Shown here: in pieces, positions 25,261 to 33,593 of the stretch
How positions within the stretch are numbered: the stretch's first letter is position 1
Layout of the letters: each line of letters begins with the position of its first letter
Assembly (NCBI GenBank): GCA_027452085.1
Contig: DAIDHG010000002.1
Coordinates: forward strand, 1 to 39,149
Length of the DNA stretch: 39,149 nt
Reading direction: 5' to 3'
Source: a bacterium
GTDB taxonomy: Bacteria > Babelota > Babeliae > Babelales > JABCYS01
Translations under genes and position numbers: made by a program
Notes under the pieces: model-generated
The model's database searches: none
What the model saw: only the letters and a program-made list of their open reading frames with translations
What the model was told of the DNA's origin: nothing

Positions 25261-26184
25261 CTATTTCTTCATCATTGTATGTATCGGGTGAAGAGTGTCA
25301 CACATAGTAGCTAATTGTTGGCTGGAAACGTGGGTATATTTTTCAGTGCTGGTCAGTGAGGCATGTCCCAGCAACTCTTGCACTACGCGCAAATCAACCC
25401 CCTGATGTAACATATGGGTAGCAAATGAATGACGAATTTTGTGAGGCGAAATTGGTCGGCCGGTGTTGAGCACGTTGCGAAACATTGCAATAATGCGCTG
25501 TACTGAACGTGTAGTCAGGGGCTTGTTTTTGAAGCTATTAAAAAGCGGGTCATTGAGTGAAGTAACCGGCCCACGCTCAAGGCGAATAAAATCTTCAATG
25601 CTTTTTCGTGCTCGTTCACCAAATAACGACATACGCTCTTTGCGGCCTTTGCCAAAAATGCGCACACATTTCTGCTCTATATTGATATCACCAATTTTAA
25701 TACCGACGAGTTCCGCGCAGCGCACGCCGGTTGCATATAAAAGCTCTAATACTGCCTTATCACGCATTGGTTTTTTGGTAGGCAGATCTTCTGGTTTGAT
25801 AGAATCGAGTAGGTAAAAAATCTCATCCACGCTCAGATACACAGGCAGCTTTTTATCAAGCCGTGGTCGGGCGAGGTGAATTTTGAGTTCGATGCCCGCA
25901 ATGCGCAGATATTTCTCCAGTGATTTGAAGCATGATAATTTTCGCGCGATTGAGCTCTTATTAATTTTTTGATGGTACAGACTGACAAAGAAGCGTTCGA
26001 GCACCGTGTTCATGGGCAATGGCGCTTCTTTGGTTATGCGATCCCAAAACTCTATAAATTGCTCAAGATCGCTGGCATAAGCTCTGCGGGTGTTTGCTGC
26101 TAAATTTTTTTCAACAGCGATATGCTGTAAAAAACCTTTGACGTGTTCGGTAAATGACGCCAATTCCATGACACTAGTTCCCAT
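25261..26184 (-). CDS. Tyrosine site-specific recombinase, XerC/XerD family
   Basis: Phage-integrase SAM-like N-domain (FLQHIAVEKNLAANTRRAYASDLEQF). Catalytic residues are present: ATGVRCAEL (R), PHKIRHSFATHML (HxxR), LLGHASLTSTEKYTHV (H..Y). Confidence 0.85.
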   Translation of the reverse strand: MGTSVMELASFTEHVKGFLQHIAVEKNLAANTRRAYASDLEQFIEFWDRITKEAPLPMNTVLERFFVSLYHQKINKSSIARKLSCFKSLEKYLRIAGIELKIHLARPRLDKKLPVYLSVDEIFYLLDSIKPEDLPTKKPMRDKAVLELLYATGVRCAELVGIKIGDINIEQKCVRIFGKGRKERMSLFGERARKSIEDFIRLERGPVTSLNDPLFNSFKNKPLTTRSVQRIIAMFRNVLNTGRPISPHKIRHSFATHMLHQGVDLRVVQELLGHASLTSTEKYTHVSSQQLATMCDTLHPIHTMMKK

Positions 26185-26253
26185 CTATTAATTTGAATGA
26201 TCATAGTATACTGACTACCGCATTGTTGTACTATGTCTTAAATAATTTGGAAT

Positions 26254-26898
26254 ATGAGTAAAGATTTAACATCTCAGCGTGCCTACGCAGTTAAAATTAT
26301 TAAATTACTAGTCCTAAAAACGCGGGGCATGCCTGAGCCCATGTCGGAGCAGATCAAGGATGAGTATCATGGTGATCCATATCTCATTTTGGTGAGCTGT
26401 TTGCTCAGTTTGCGTGCCCGCGATACGGTAACCTATAAAATATCAAAAAAATTATTTGAGCGGGTGCGCACCCCACAACAAATGCTCCATGTCCCCATTG
26501 CTCAGTTAGAGCAGATAATTCGGCCTATCGGTTTTTATCACAATAAGACCAAGACGCTCAAAAGTGTGAGCAAAGAATTAATTGAACGATTTGACGGCAT
26601 GGTACCAGATACTGAAGAATCTCTCCTTTCTATTAAAGGCGTTGGCCATAAGACTGCAGCCCTGGTGCTCAGTGTCGCTTTTGGCAAACCTGCCATTTGC
26701 GTTGATACGCATGTGCATCGTTTGGCAAATCAACTCGGTCTTGTACATACCAAAACGCCTGAGCAGACAGAAAGCGCACTCAAGGAGTTGCTTCCGCGCC
26801 GTTACTGGTCATTGGTAAATAATGTTTTTGTGAAGTGGGGGCAGAATGTGCCACGCAAAGAACAGGTGGCTGACATAAAAAAATTTTTAAGGAACTAA
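26254..26898 (+). CDS. nth: Endonuclease III-family DNA glycosylase (HhH-GPD), lacking the C-terminal Fe-S cluster loop
   Basis: Contains LILVSCLLSLRARD, the HhH-GPD motif LLSIKGVGHKTAALVL (catalytic Lys) and CVDTHVHRLANQLG (catalytic Asp). The C-terminal 40 aa contain no Cys, so the Cx6Cx2Cx5C cluster is absent. Confidence 0.85.
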   Translation: MSKDLTSQRAYAVKIIKLLVLKTRGMPEPMSEQIKDEYHGDPYLILVSCLLSLRARDTVTYKISKKLFERVRTPQQMLHVPIAQLEQIIRPIGFYHNKTKTLKSVSKELIERFDGMVPDTEESLLSIKGVGHKTAALVLSVAFGKPAICVDTHVHRLANQLGLVHTKTPEQTESALKELLPRRYWSLVNNVFVKWGQNVPRKEQVADIKKFLRN

Positions 26899-26927
26899 AA
26901 AGGGCACCTTGTATAAGCGTGCCCTTT
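26899..26927. terminator. Bidirectional terminator between convergent nth and the histone-like gene
   Basis: aaagggcac / 11-nt loop / gtgcccttt. There is a T-run on the minus-strand side (ttttag) and TTTAAAGATTGTTTAT on the plus side. Confidence 0.55.
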
Positions 26928-26936
26928 AAAGATTGT

Positions 26937-27137
26937 TTATAGCTCGAAATAGCTTGTACGAGCTGAGCGAGATGCAGTCTTGCGACGTGCAGTCGTCTTC
27001 TTACGAGCTGATTTCTTAGCTGTAGTTTTACGACCAGCTGCTTTCTTTGCAGTTTTGCGAGCTGATGTACCACGACGTGCTGTTGCACGTTTTGCAGTGC
27101 TCTTACGAGCTGATGCTGCTTTACGTCTCTTTGCCAT
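26937..27137 (-). CDS. Histone H1-like / Hc-like basic nucleoid protein (Lys/Arg/Ala/Thr repeats)
   Basis: 66 aa: MAKRRKAASARKSTAKRATARRGTSARKTAKKAAGRKTTAKKSARKKTTARRKTASRSARTSYFEL. It has a strong RBS (aaaggagtccgta), a terminator downstream and internal DNA repeats (cttacgagctgat occurs twice). The composition is typical of bacterial H1-like proteins. Confidence 0.75.
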   Translation of the reverse strand: MAKRRKAASARKSTAKRATARRGTSARKTAKKAAGRKTTAKKSARKKTTARRKTASRSARTSYFEL

Positions 27138-27175
27138 TACGGACTCCTTTAAAGAGAGGTGTTTATAATACTCAT

Positions 27176-27189
27176 GTAGTAATTACTAC
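27176..27189. promoter_or_regulatory. Perfect 14-bp palindrome upstream of the histone-like gene (candidate operator)
   Basis: gtagtaattactac is its own reverse complement. It lies about 40 nt upstream of the ATG at 27137 and is followed by related actac half-sites (taatcactac). Confidence 0.3.
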
Positions 27190-27350
27190 TAATCACTACA
27201 CTTTACTTACAACATCATGATACTTGAGGTGCAATTCAAAATGCAAGAGTTTGCACAATGCACGGTGATGCAAATGCGCCAAAACATTGCTAGGTAGCTA
27301 AAATTCATGTGTGTAAAGTTGTGCAGAAAATTTACTTTTTGATGCAATTT

Positions 27351-29042
27351 TTATCGCAATGCACTAATTTTTTGTTTCACTGCTTCTACCGAAACGCCCA
27401 TCTCCTGCTTGCCGTCCAATGTTCGTACGCTAATGGTGTTGTGCTCAACTTCTTTTTTACCAAGCACAAGCATCATAGGAACTTTCTCAACTTGCGCCGT
27501 GCGAATCTTTGCAGAAATCTGATCAGATGATTGATCAAGCACTGCACGAACCTGCATAGCTTTCAATTGATTGAGAATATCTTGACCATAGGCAATTGCA
27601 TCATCGGTGATGGTAAGAATACGTACTTGCTCTGGTGCCAACCAGAATGGTAACGCACCTTTATAATGTTCTAAAAGCACCGCAAAGAACCGTTCAACAG
27701 ATCCATACAGGGCGCGGTGCACAATAACCGGACGCTCTTTTTGCCCAGACGGCGCTACATAGGTAAGGTCGAAATTCTCGGGTTGGAAAAAATCAAGTTG
27801 AACGGTGCCGCATTGCCATTCTCGTTTGAGAGAATCAGTAAATTTGAAATCAATCTTCGGGCCATAAAATGCACCACCGCCGGCATCAACTTCATACGCC
27901 ATACCAACCTTATCAAGAGCAGCCTTGAGTGCGGCTTCAGCTTTTTCCCAAATAGCGGTGCTACCCATGGCTTTTTCAGGCCGAGTTGCTAAGAATGCTT
28001 TAATATTGGTAAGGCCATATTTTGTAAGAACTCGTTTGAGCAGCGCAATGATGCCAAGCACTTCTGATTCAATCTGATCTGGCGTAATAAAAATATGTGC
28101 ATCATCCACCGTGAAGGCGCGTACTCGTAAAAGACCATGGAGCACCCCTGAAAGCTCATTGCGATGTACCATGCCGAATTCCGAAACGCGCAAAGGTAGT
28201 TCGCGATATGAGCGGGGGCGTTCGTTATAAATAAGAAATGCCCCGGGACAGTTCATAGGTTTAACGGCATAATTTTCGTGATCCATACCGCAGAAGAACA
28301 TATTGTCTTTATAAAAATTCCAGTGCCCAGATCGATGCCATAACCCTTCGCTCAGCATCATAGGGGTTTGCACTTCCTTGTAGCCCGCCAGATCTTGCTC
28401 ATGGCGCAGGTAGTTAATCATGGCATTGATGACGGCCTTGCCCTTTGGATGATAAAAGGGGAAGCCAACGCCTTCTTCATGGAATGAAAAAAGATCCAGC
28501 TGTTTGCCCAGCTTGCGGTGGTCATACAGCGCTGCCTCTTGGCGGATGCGATCAAACTCTTCAAGATCTTCACGGCTAAAAAATGCAGTGCCGCTAATGC
28601 GTTGTAAGGCTTGACCATCGCGCTTGCCGCGCCAGTAGGAGCCTGAGACGTTGAGTAATTTGAAATGTTTTATATCGCCAGTGCAGGCAACGTGGCCACC
28701 GCGGCAAAGGTCAATCCAATCGCCTTGGATGGTGATGCCCACGGTTGCCTCGGGGATTTCATTGATAAGCTCTAACTTGAATGGATTATCCTTAAAAATA
28801 ACGCGAGCTTCATCCTTTGAAATCTGCTTATGCTCGATAGGATAGTTCTTCTGCGAAAGCTCCCACATGCGGGCTTGAATATGATCAAGATCCTCTTCCT
28901 TGATCGAGCGAGGAGCTACAAAATCATAAAAAAAGCCATCCTCTGTCGCCGGCCCAATGGTTAATTGAGTGCCGGGGAAGAGTTCGACCACGGCATGAGC
29001 AAGTAAATGGGCGGTTGAATGGCGGAGAATATTGATGTCCAT
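27351..29042 (-). CDS. thrS: Threonine--tRNA ligase (no N-terminal TGS domain)
   Basis: Starts directly in the editing/SAD domain (ILRHSTAHLLAHAV, GPATEDGFFYDF). Class II motifs are present (FGMVHRNELSGVLHGLLRVRAFTVDDAHIF, GGGAFYGPKIDF), and the anticodon-binding domain is at the C-terminus. Confidence 0.95.
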   Translation of the reverse strand: MDINILRHSTAHLLAHAVVELFPGTQLTIGPATEDGFFYDFVAPRSIKEEDLDHIQARMWELSQKNYPIEHKQISKDEARVIFKDNPFKLELINEIPEATVGITIQGDWIDLCRGGHVACTGDIKHFKLLNVSGSYWRGKRDGQALQRISGTAFFSREDLEEFDRIRQEAALYDHRKLGKQLDLFSFHEEGVGFPFYHPKGKAVINAMINYLRHEQDLAGYKEVQTPMMLSEGLWHRSGHWNFYKDNMFFCGMDHENYAVKPMNCPGAFLIYNERPRSYRELPLRVSEFGMVHRNELSGVLHGLLRVRAFTVDDAHIFITPDQIESEVLGIIALLKRVLTKYGLTNIKAFLATRPEKAMGSTAIWEKAEAALKAALDKVGMAYEVDAGGGAFYGPKIDFKFTDSLKREWQCGTVQLDFFQPENFDLTYVAPSGQKERPVIVHRALYGSVERFFAVLLEHYKGALPFWLAPEQVRILTITDDAIAYGQDILNQLKAMQVRAVLDQSSDQISAKIRTAQVEKVPMMLVLGKKEVEHNTISVRTLDGKQEMGVSVEAVKQKISALR

Positions 29043-29160
29043 CGCATGTTCCTAATAAACGGATGAAATAATTTGGCCAATAATATATCAAAAAAAGTTG
29101 TAATTTGTTGATTATCAGATAGGTTGCATAAAAATATGATACTTCTCAAGGAGAGTTCAA

Positions 29161-30591
29161 ATGGCCAAAAAAATATTTTTACTTGATACCAATGTGCTCA
29201 TTTACGACGCGTCAGCGATCTATAACTTTGGTGATCATACCGTTGCGATACCGCTCGTAGCCTTAGAAGAGCTCGATGCTATAAAAGGTGAGAGTTCGGA
29301 GCGGGGGCAGGCGGCCCGGGCAATTGTGCGCGAGCTCGACTCTCTGCGAAACCAAGGTTCATTGCAAGATGGCGTGCCCTTAGAAGAGGGCGGTGTAGTA
29401 AAAATAGTCTTTTTGCCTCGAAATGAACTGCCGACCACCCCATTATTTCTCGATGTTGCCGACAATGAGATTATTCTCACCGCACTAGGGCTCATGAAAA
29501 AGGGGTTGGACGTAACCTTTATTACCAAGGATCTCAATGCCCGCGTAAAGGCTGATGCCATCGGGGTGAGCACCCAAGATTACAGCAAAGACGCGGTGCC
29601 GCGCGAGCATATTTATAAAGGTTGGCGAGCGATCGATGTATCAAGCAATGAGTTGAAAAAAGCGAAGGCTGAAAATCTGCAGGGCTTTGTAGATGATCAT
29701 ATGGAGGAAGATGATAGCAATATTCCGCCCCTGGTGCCCAATGAATTTGTCTTGCTCAAATCCCAGCACGCAGATTGGAATTCACGTCTTTTTCGCTACC
29801 AAGGTAATAAAAAATTTAAGGAAGTGCATGCGCCATCTCTGCAATGGCCAATAGCGCCAAAAAATCCGCAGCAACTCATGACGCTCGACCTTTTGTTCGA
29901 TCCCGATGTTACATTGGTGAGCCTTATCGGGCCGGCTGGTACCGGAAAAACCTTCTTAGCGTTGCTCTCTGGCCTGCAGCAGGTAATTAACGATGAATAT
30001 CGCCGAGTACTTGCAACCCGCCCGGTTGTGCCGCTTGGTCCTGATATCGGATACCTTCCTGGAGATATTCAGGAAAAGCTGCGCGGATGGATGCAGCCGA
30101 TGTATGACAATATCGATATTCTTGCCCATTCTGCTTCCATCGGTCATCATATGGAGCAGGTGCATGAAAATGCACGTGCCGGGCAACGAGAGCGTTATAA
30201 GCATCCCTTTAAAAAGGGAGCGCCGCGCACCGACAAAGAAAAAGCATCGCCATTTATCTCTTTAGATCAACTCATTACCTCTGGTAAGGTGAGCCTTGAG
30301 GCCATTACCTATATGCGCGGTCGTTCAATTCCATTCCAATACATTCTGATCGACGAGGTGCAAAACCTCACCCCACATGAAGTGAAAACCTTGGTTAGCC
30401 GGGCAGGGGAAGGAACTAAATTAATACTTGCCGGTGATCCATTCCAAATTGATTCACCATACCTTGATGTGAGCACCAATGGCTTAGTCGTGACTACCAA
30501 TAAATTTATTGGCCAGCCAGTATTTGGCGCCGTATTCCTAGAAACGAGCGAACGCAGCGAGTTGAGCAGACTTGCGGGGGAGCTTTTGTAG
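29161..30591 (+). CDS. PhoH2-type protein: N-terminal PIN domain fused to a PhoH-like ATPase
   Basis: PIN domain: IFLLDTNVLIYD, PLVALEELD, TKDLNARVKA. PhoH domain: Walker A GPAGTGKTFLAL, Walker B ILIDEVQNLTPHEVKTLVSRAGEGTKLILAGDPFQID. Confidence 0.9.
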   Translation: MAKKIFLLDTNVLIYDASAIYNFGDHTVAIPLVALEELDAIKGESSERGQAARAIVRELDSLRNQGSLQDGVPLEEGGVVKIVFLPRNELPTTPLFLDVADNEIILTALGLMKKGLDVTFITKDLNARVKADAIGVSTQDYSKDAVPREHIYKGWRAIDVSSNELKKAKAENLQGFVDDHMEEDDSNIPPLVPNEFVLLKSQHADWNSRLFRYQGNKKFKEVHAPSLQWPIAPKNPQQLMTLDLLFDPDVTLVSLIGPAGTGKTFLALLSGLQQVINDEYRRVLATRPVVPLGPDIGYLPGDIQEKLRGWMQPMYDNIDILAHSASIGHHMEQVHENARAGQRERYKHPFKKGAPRTDKEKASPFISLDQLITSGKVSLEAITYMRGRSIPFQYILIDEVQNLTPHEVKTLVSRAGEGTKLILAGDPFQIDSPYLDVSTNGLVVTTNKFIGQPVFGAVFLETSERSELSRLAGELL

Positions 30592-30592
30592 C

Positions 30593-30775
30593 TTAAATAC
30601 AACGCAAGAGACGGATGGCAATCTTGGGCAACGCTTTATGCAGGCGTTCTGTGTTAAGAAGCAGCATTGCATACTCGCCGCACGAAATTTGGAATTTGCA
30701 GGCAGCAGGCCCGAGCAATGGGCGGAAGTTGCGCAGCAGGGCGATGAGCACGTTATTGAGCGTTTTCATGAGCAA
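30593..30775 (-). CDS. yidD: Membrane protein insertion efficiency factor YidD (short, C-terminally truncated form)
   Basis: LIALLRNFRPLLGPAACKFQISCGEYA...AIRLLRC matches the YidD core (YQ..iSP.LGp.CRF.PtCS.YA....RilrC). It overlaps the rnpA 3' end by 23 nt. It ends at RC-I, before the usual HP..GG.DPVP tail. Confidence 0.7.
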   Translation of the reverse strand: MLMKTLNNVLIALLRNFRPLLGPAACKFQISCGEYAMLLLNTERLHKALPKIAIRLLRCI

Positions 30776-31094
30776 ACACGTTGGCTAATAGTTGTTGAAT
30801 ATCAATGTAGGTAAATTTGCGTGCAGGGGCACGTAAGATAATGATCGCATCTTGTTTTTTTTCATACCATCGTTGCTGGTAAAAGACCGCCTTTATCCAG
30901 CGTTTGAGTTGATTGCGCACCGGCGCTGAGCCTACCTTGCGCGATGCAATGATTAAAATATGACCATATTCATGCATGCTTGGCGCGATTCTGATTTCAA
31001 TGGCAGATGAGCGCAACACTGGCTTTGCATAAGCAAATAACTGCTTAATTTCTCGTTCAGTGAATAGAGTAATGTTGCGGGCAATCGAACTCAT
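30753..31094 (-). CDS. rnpA: Ribonuclease P protein component
   Basis: 113 aa. IIASRKVGSAPVRNQLKRWIKAVF is the RNR motif (K.vG.AV.RN..KR..R). It starts 2 nt after the ychF stop. Confidence 0.85.
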   Translation of the reverse strand: MSSIARNITLFTEREIKQLFAYAKPVLRSSAIEIRIAPSMHEYGHILIIASRKVGSAPVRNQLKRWIKAVFYQQRWYEKKQDAIIILRAPARKFTYIDIQQLLANVFAHENAQ

Positions 31095-31096
31095 GG

Positions 31097-32218
31097 CTAG
31101 ACATTAAACTTTATATTTAACACATCACCATCTTGCACAATATAATCTTGACCTTCTGTTCTTAATTTACCGGTTGCGCGCAATTTCGCTTCGCTACCAG
31201 CTTCAAATAAATCGTTGCTATTGAATACCTCAGCGCAAATAAATCCGCGTTCTAAATCCGAGTGGATTTCACCAGCAGCTGCACGCACCGAAATGCCTTT
31301 TTTAATAGGCCACGCATGCACTTCCTTCGGGCCACAGGTAAAGAAGGTGATGAGCCCAAGATATTCATAGCTTTTGCGAATAATTCCTTTAAGGCCAGCA
31401 TTGCGCTGATAATCTTCGCTCATGCCAAGCATGGTCGCAAATTCTTGTGCCTCTTCAGGTGAAAGGCGAGCAAGTTCTCCTGCGGCTTTTGCGCACACGG
31501 GAATAACCCGATCGGCGCCAAACGTTTTTACTAATTCTAGTACATTTGGGTTGTTCTTGTAGGCATCACCATCAAGTTCATTTTCAGAAACATTGGCAAT
31601 AATTAAAAATTCTTTGGCTGCCAGGAGCGGGGTAATCTTGGCCTGGGTTGGTGTCATGAGTGATTTGACAGCTCTTGCGTCACCTTGTTCTAAAGCTGCC
31701 TTGATTTTCTGCATGAGCGCTTCTTCAGTTTGGAGTTCTTTTAGCTCCGCCGGCTTCATACGAGCGGCTTTTATGAGTTGTTGGAGCTTTGCCAAGCGCT
31801 TGTCGACCACCTCAACGTCTTTCAACATGAGCTCAGCCATGATGGTCTCATAATCTTCGACTGGGCTTGAGCCAGTGCGAATAATGTTGCCATCATCAAA
31901 GCATCGCAACACATGTAATACCAAATCAACATCACGAATATGATTCAGGAACTGATTGCCGAGCCCCTCGCCAGCGGCAGCGCCTTTTACCAATCCGGCA
32001 ATATCTACAAAGGTTTGGGTGGCGGCAATGATCTTTTGGCTGCCATAGATATGCACGAGTTTTTCTATCCGATCATCCGGTACTTGGGTAATCGCCACAT
32101 GCGGCTCGATGGTGCAAAAGGGATAATTTTCCGCCGGCACACACGATTTGGTTAAGGCATTGAATAGAGTAGATTTTCCAACATTGGGAAGGCCAACAAG
32201 GCCGGCTTGGATTGACAT
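31097..32218 (-). CDS. ychF: Ribosome-binding ATPase YchF (Obg-like GTPase family)
   Basis: AGLVGLPNVGKSTLFNALT (G1), NYPFCTIEPHV, the VDIAGLVKGA..GEGLGNQFL (G3) block, and the C-terminal TGS-like domain YIVQDGDVLNIKFNV. Confidence 0.95.
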   Translation of the reverse strand: MSIQAGLVGLPNVGKSTLFNALTKSCVPAENYPFCTIEPHVAITQVPDDRIEKLVHIYGSQKIIAATQTFVDIAGLVKGAAAGEGLGNQFLNHIRDVDLVLHVLRCFDDGNIIRTGSSPVEDYETIMAELMLKDVEVVDKRLAKLQQLIKAARMKPAELKELQTEEALMQKIKAALEQGDARAVKSLMTPTQAKITPLLAAKEFLIIANVSENELDGDAYKNNPNVLELVKTFGADRVIPVCAKAAGELARLSPEEAQEFATMLGMSEDYQRNAGLKGIIRKSYEYLGLITFFTCGPKEVHAWPIKKGISVRAAAGEIHSDLERGFICAEVFNSNDLFEAGSEAKLRATGKLRTEGQDYIVQDGDVLNIKFNV

Positions 32219-32359
32219 AGGGTAACTTTTCTTTCTTTAAAAGTAGCGCAATAAAGCCATTATGTCTGAGTTTGGATAAAACTCTTGCATATAGTATGGG
32301 TTCTTCGGTAAGGTGATAATGTAATGTCTTTATAACCATTTGTACAAAGGGAGAGACCT

Positions 32360-32620
32360 ATGCACTGTGGATGTCACTTTATGGGCTGGTTTGGCAAATT
32401 GTCATGGCTCATTGTATCACTGGCAGCAATTAATATTGGCCTGATGGCTGCTGGTGTTTGGAATTTTGGCGAACTTTCATTCGTCGCGGATAACCCTCGC
32501 ATGGCTATGATAGTTGCCTATGTTGTTGGCCTCTGCGGCGCGGTTAGCCTCTTGGGCCTGATCATGGCGAGCTATCGCTGCATGTCTGGCTCAGAATGCC
32601 AAACGCCTCATAATCGCTAA
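32360..32620 (+). CDS. Small membrane protein, DUF378-like
   Basis: 86 aa with two TM helices. LSWLIVSLAAINIGLMAAGVWNF ... MIVAYVVGLCGAVSLLGL resembles the DUF378 pattern (iGalNWGlvg ... YilvGlsal). RBS gggagag. It is followed by a strong terminator. Confidence 0.6.
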   Translation: MHCGCHFMGWFGKLSWLIVSLAAINIGLMAAGVWNFGELSFVADNPRMAMIVAYVVGLCGAVSLLGLIMASYRCMSGSECQTPHNR

Positions 32621-32643
32621 TATTAAGATTATGAGCTTAATCG

Positions 32644-32677
32644 TAAAAAAGGGACTTCATGAGAAGTCCTTTTTTTT
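32644..32677. terminator. Bidirectional rho-independent terminator (DUF378 gene / DNA ligase gene)
   Basis: aaaaaag-ggacttc-atga-gaagtcc-tttttttt. The 7-bp GC-containing stem is extended by A/T pairs, with U-tracts in both orientations. Confidence 0.7.
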
Positions 32678-33590
32678 ATCTCTTTTTTTGAGCTATCTGA
32701 TCGATAGTACACTGCTTCGCTTTCTTATCGGTTCGTACGCGCAAAAAAACTGGTGCTCGCAAGATGCCATCACGCGTTACCTGTGTGTATTTAATTTCGG
32801 ACGCGGTAACAGGGGAAAGCCAATGAACTTCCTTGAGCTTTTTGGGGTAGATAAACCCCCGAGGCGGTTTTGATCGGTGTCTGCGTTGAAATCTTCTTGC
32901 CAGATCAGCCATATTTTTTTCACTAAACCCAGTGCCAACCTTGCCGATGTACACCAGCTGATTGCCATCATAGAGAGCAAGGATTAAGGCGGAAATTTCT
33001 CTTTTTTCGCTGGTATAGCCCACAATCACTGCATCGACCGAGTCATGAATCTTTATTTTAAGCCAAACCCCACTGCGCTCATTGGGGTAGTATTTACTGT
33101 CGGGAACCTTGGCCATCACCCCCTCCAACTGATGTTTAACCATTTGCTTCCAGAGTGCTTGGCCGTCAGTGGTATCAAAGATTTTCTCTATCTCTTTCCC
33201 GTTGCGAACCGTCTTTTTTAATATTTTTTTTCGCTCAGTCAATGGCAGGTTGGTTAATGTTTTCCCATTTTTTTCGATGATATCAAAAATAATATAGACC
33301 GCCGGTTCTCCTTCTTGTAAGGCTTGGAAATGTGGCATGCCATCTGGTCCATAGGCGATAATTTCGCCATCAACAATAGCATGACGAGCTTTGATAAGTT
33401 TTGGATGTTGTAATTCGGGATATTTGTCGGTGATATTTAACCCATTACGCGAATAGAATGTTAATATGCCATCTTGCTTAACACATAAAGCACGGAATCC
33501 ATCAAGTTTTGGCTCAAAAAGATAATCGGGTGAGGTGAGTATGCTTTTACGACCCCTTTGTGCAAGCATGGGTTTGATTTTTAACGCCAT
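32676..33590 (-). CDS. ATP-dependent DNA ligase, ligase-domain-only (LigD-LIG/LigC-like)
   Basis: Motif I EPKLDGFRAL (adenylated Lys), motif III VYIIFDII, motif IV EGVMAK, motif V GVWLKIK, then an OB domain. There are no polymerase or phosphoesterase domains. It starts 3 nt downstream of ku. Confidence 0.85.
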   Translation of the reverse strand: MALKIKPMLAQRGRKSILTSPDYLFEPKLDGFRALCVKQDGILTFYSRNGLNITDKYPELQHPKLIKARHAIVDGEIIAYGPDGMPHFQALQEGEPAVYIIFDIIEKNGKTLTNLPLTERKKILKKTVRNGKEIEKIFDTTDGQALWKQMVKHQLEGVMAKVPDSKYYPNERSGVWLKIKIHDSVDAVIVGYTSEKREISALILALYDGNQLVYIGKVGTGFSEKNMADLARRFQRRHRSKPPRGFIYPKKLKEVHWLSPVTASEIKYTQVTRDGILRAPVFLRVRTDKKAKQCTIDQIAQKKR

Positions 33591-33593
33591 GAT

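Noticed and set aside
25261-26184. Tyrosine recombinase as a possible marker of an integrated mobile element or genomic island
   Set aside because: It has XerC/XerD-like length and motifs. It is flanked by housekeeping genes (PBP2, nth) with no adjacent tRNA, direct repeats, phage or conjugation genes visible. A chromosome-dimer-resolution recombinase is most parsimonious.
26980-27168. Plus-strand 62-aa ORF mirroring the histone-like gene
   Set aside because: It is the reverse-complement shadow of a Lys/Ala-repeat gene (AAG/GCT codons read as Leu/Phe/Ala). The minus-strand ORF has a strong AGGAG RBS and a downstream terminator. The plus-strand ORF has neither.
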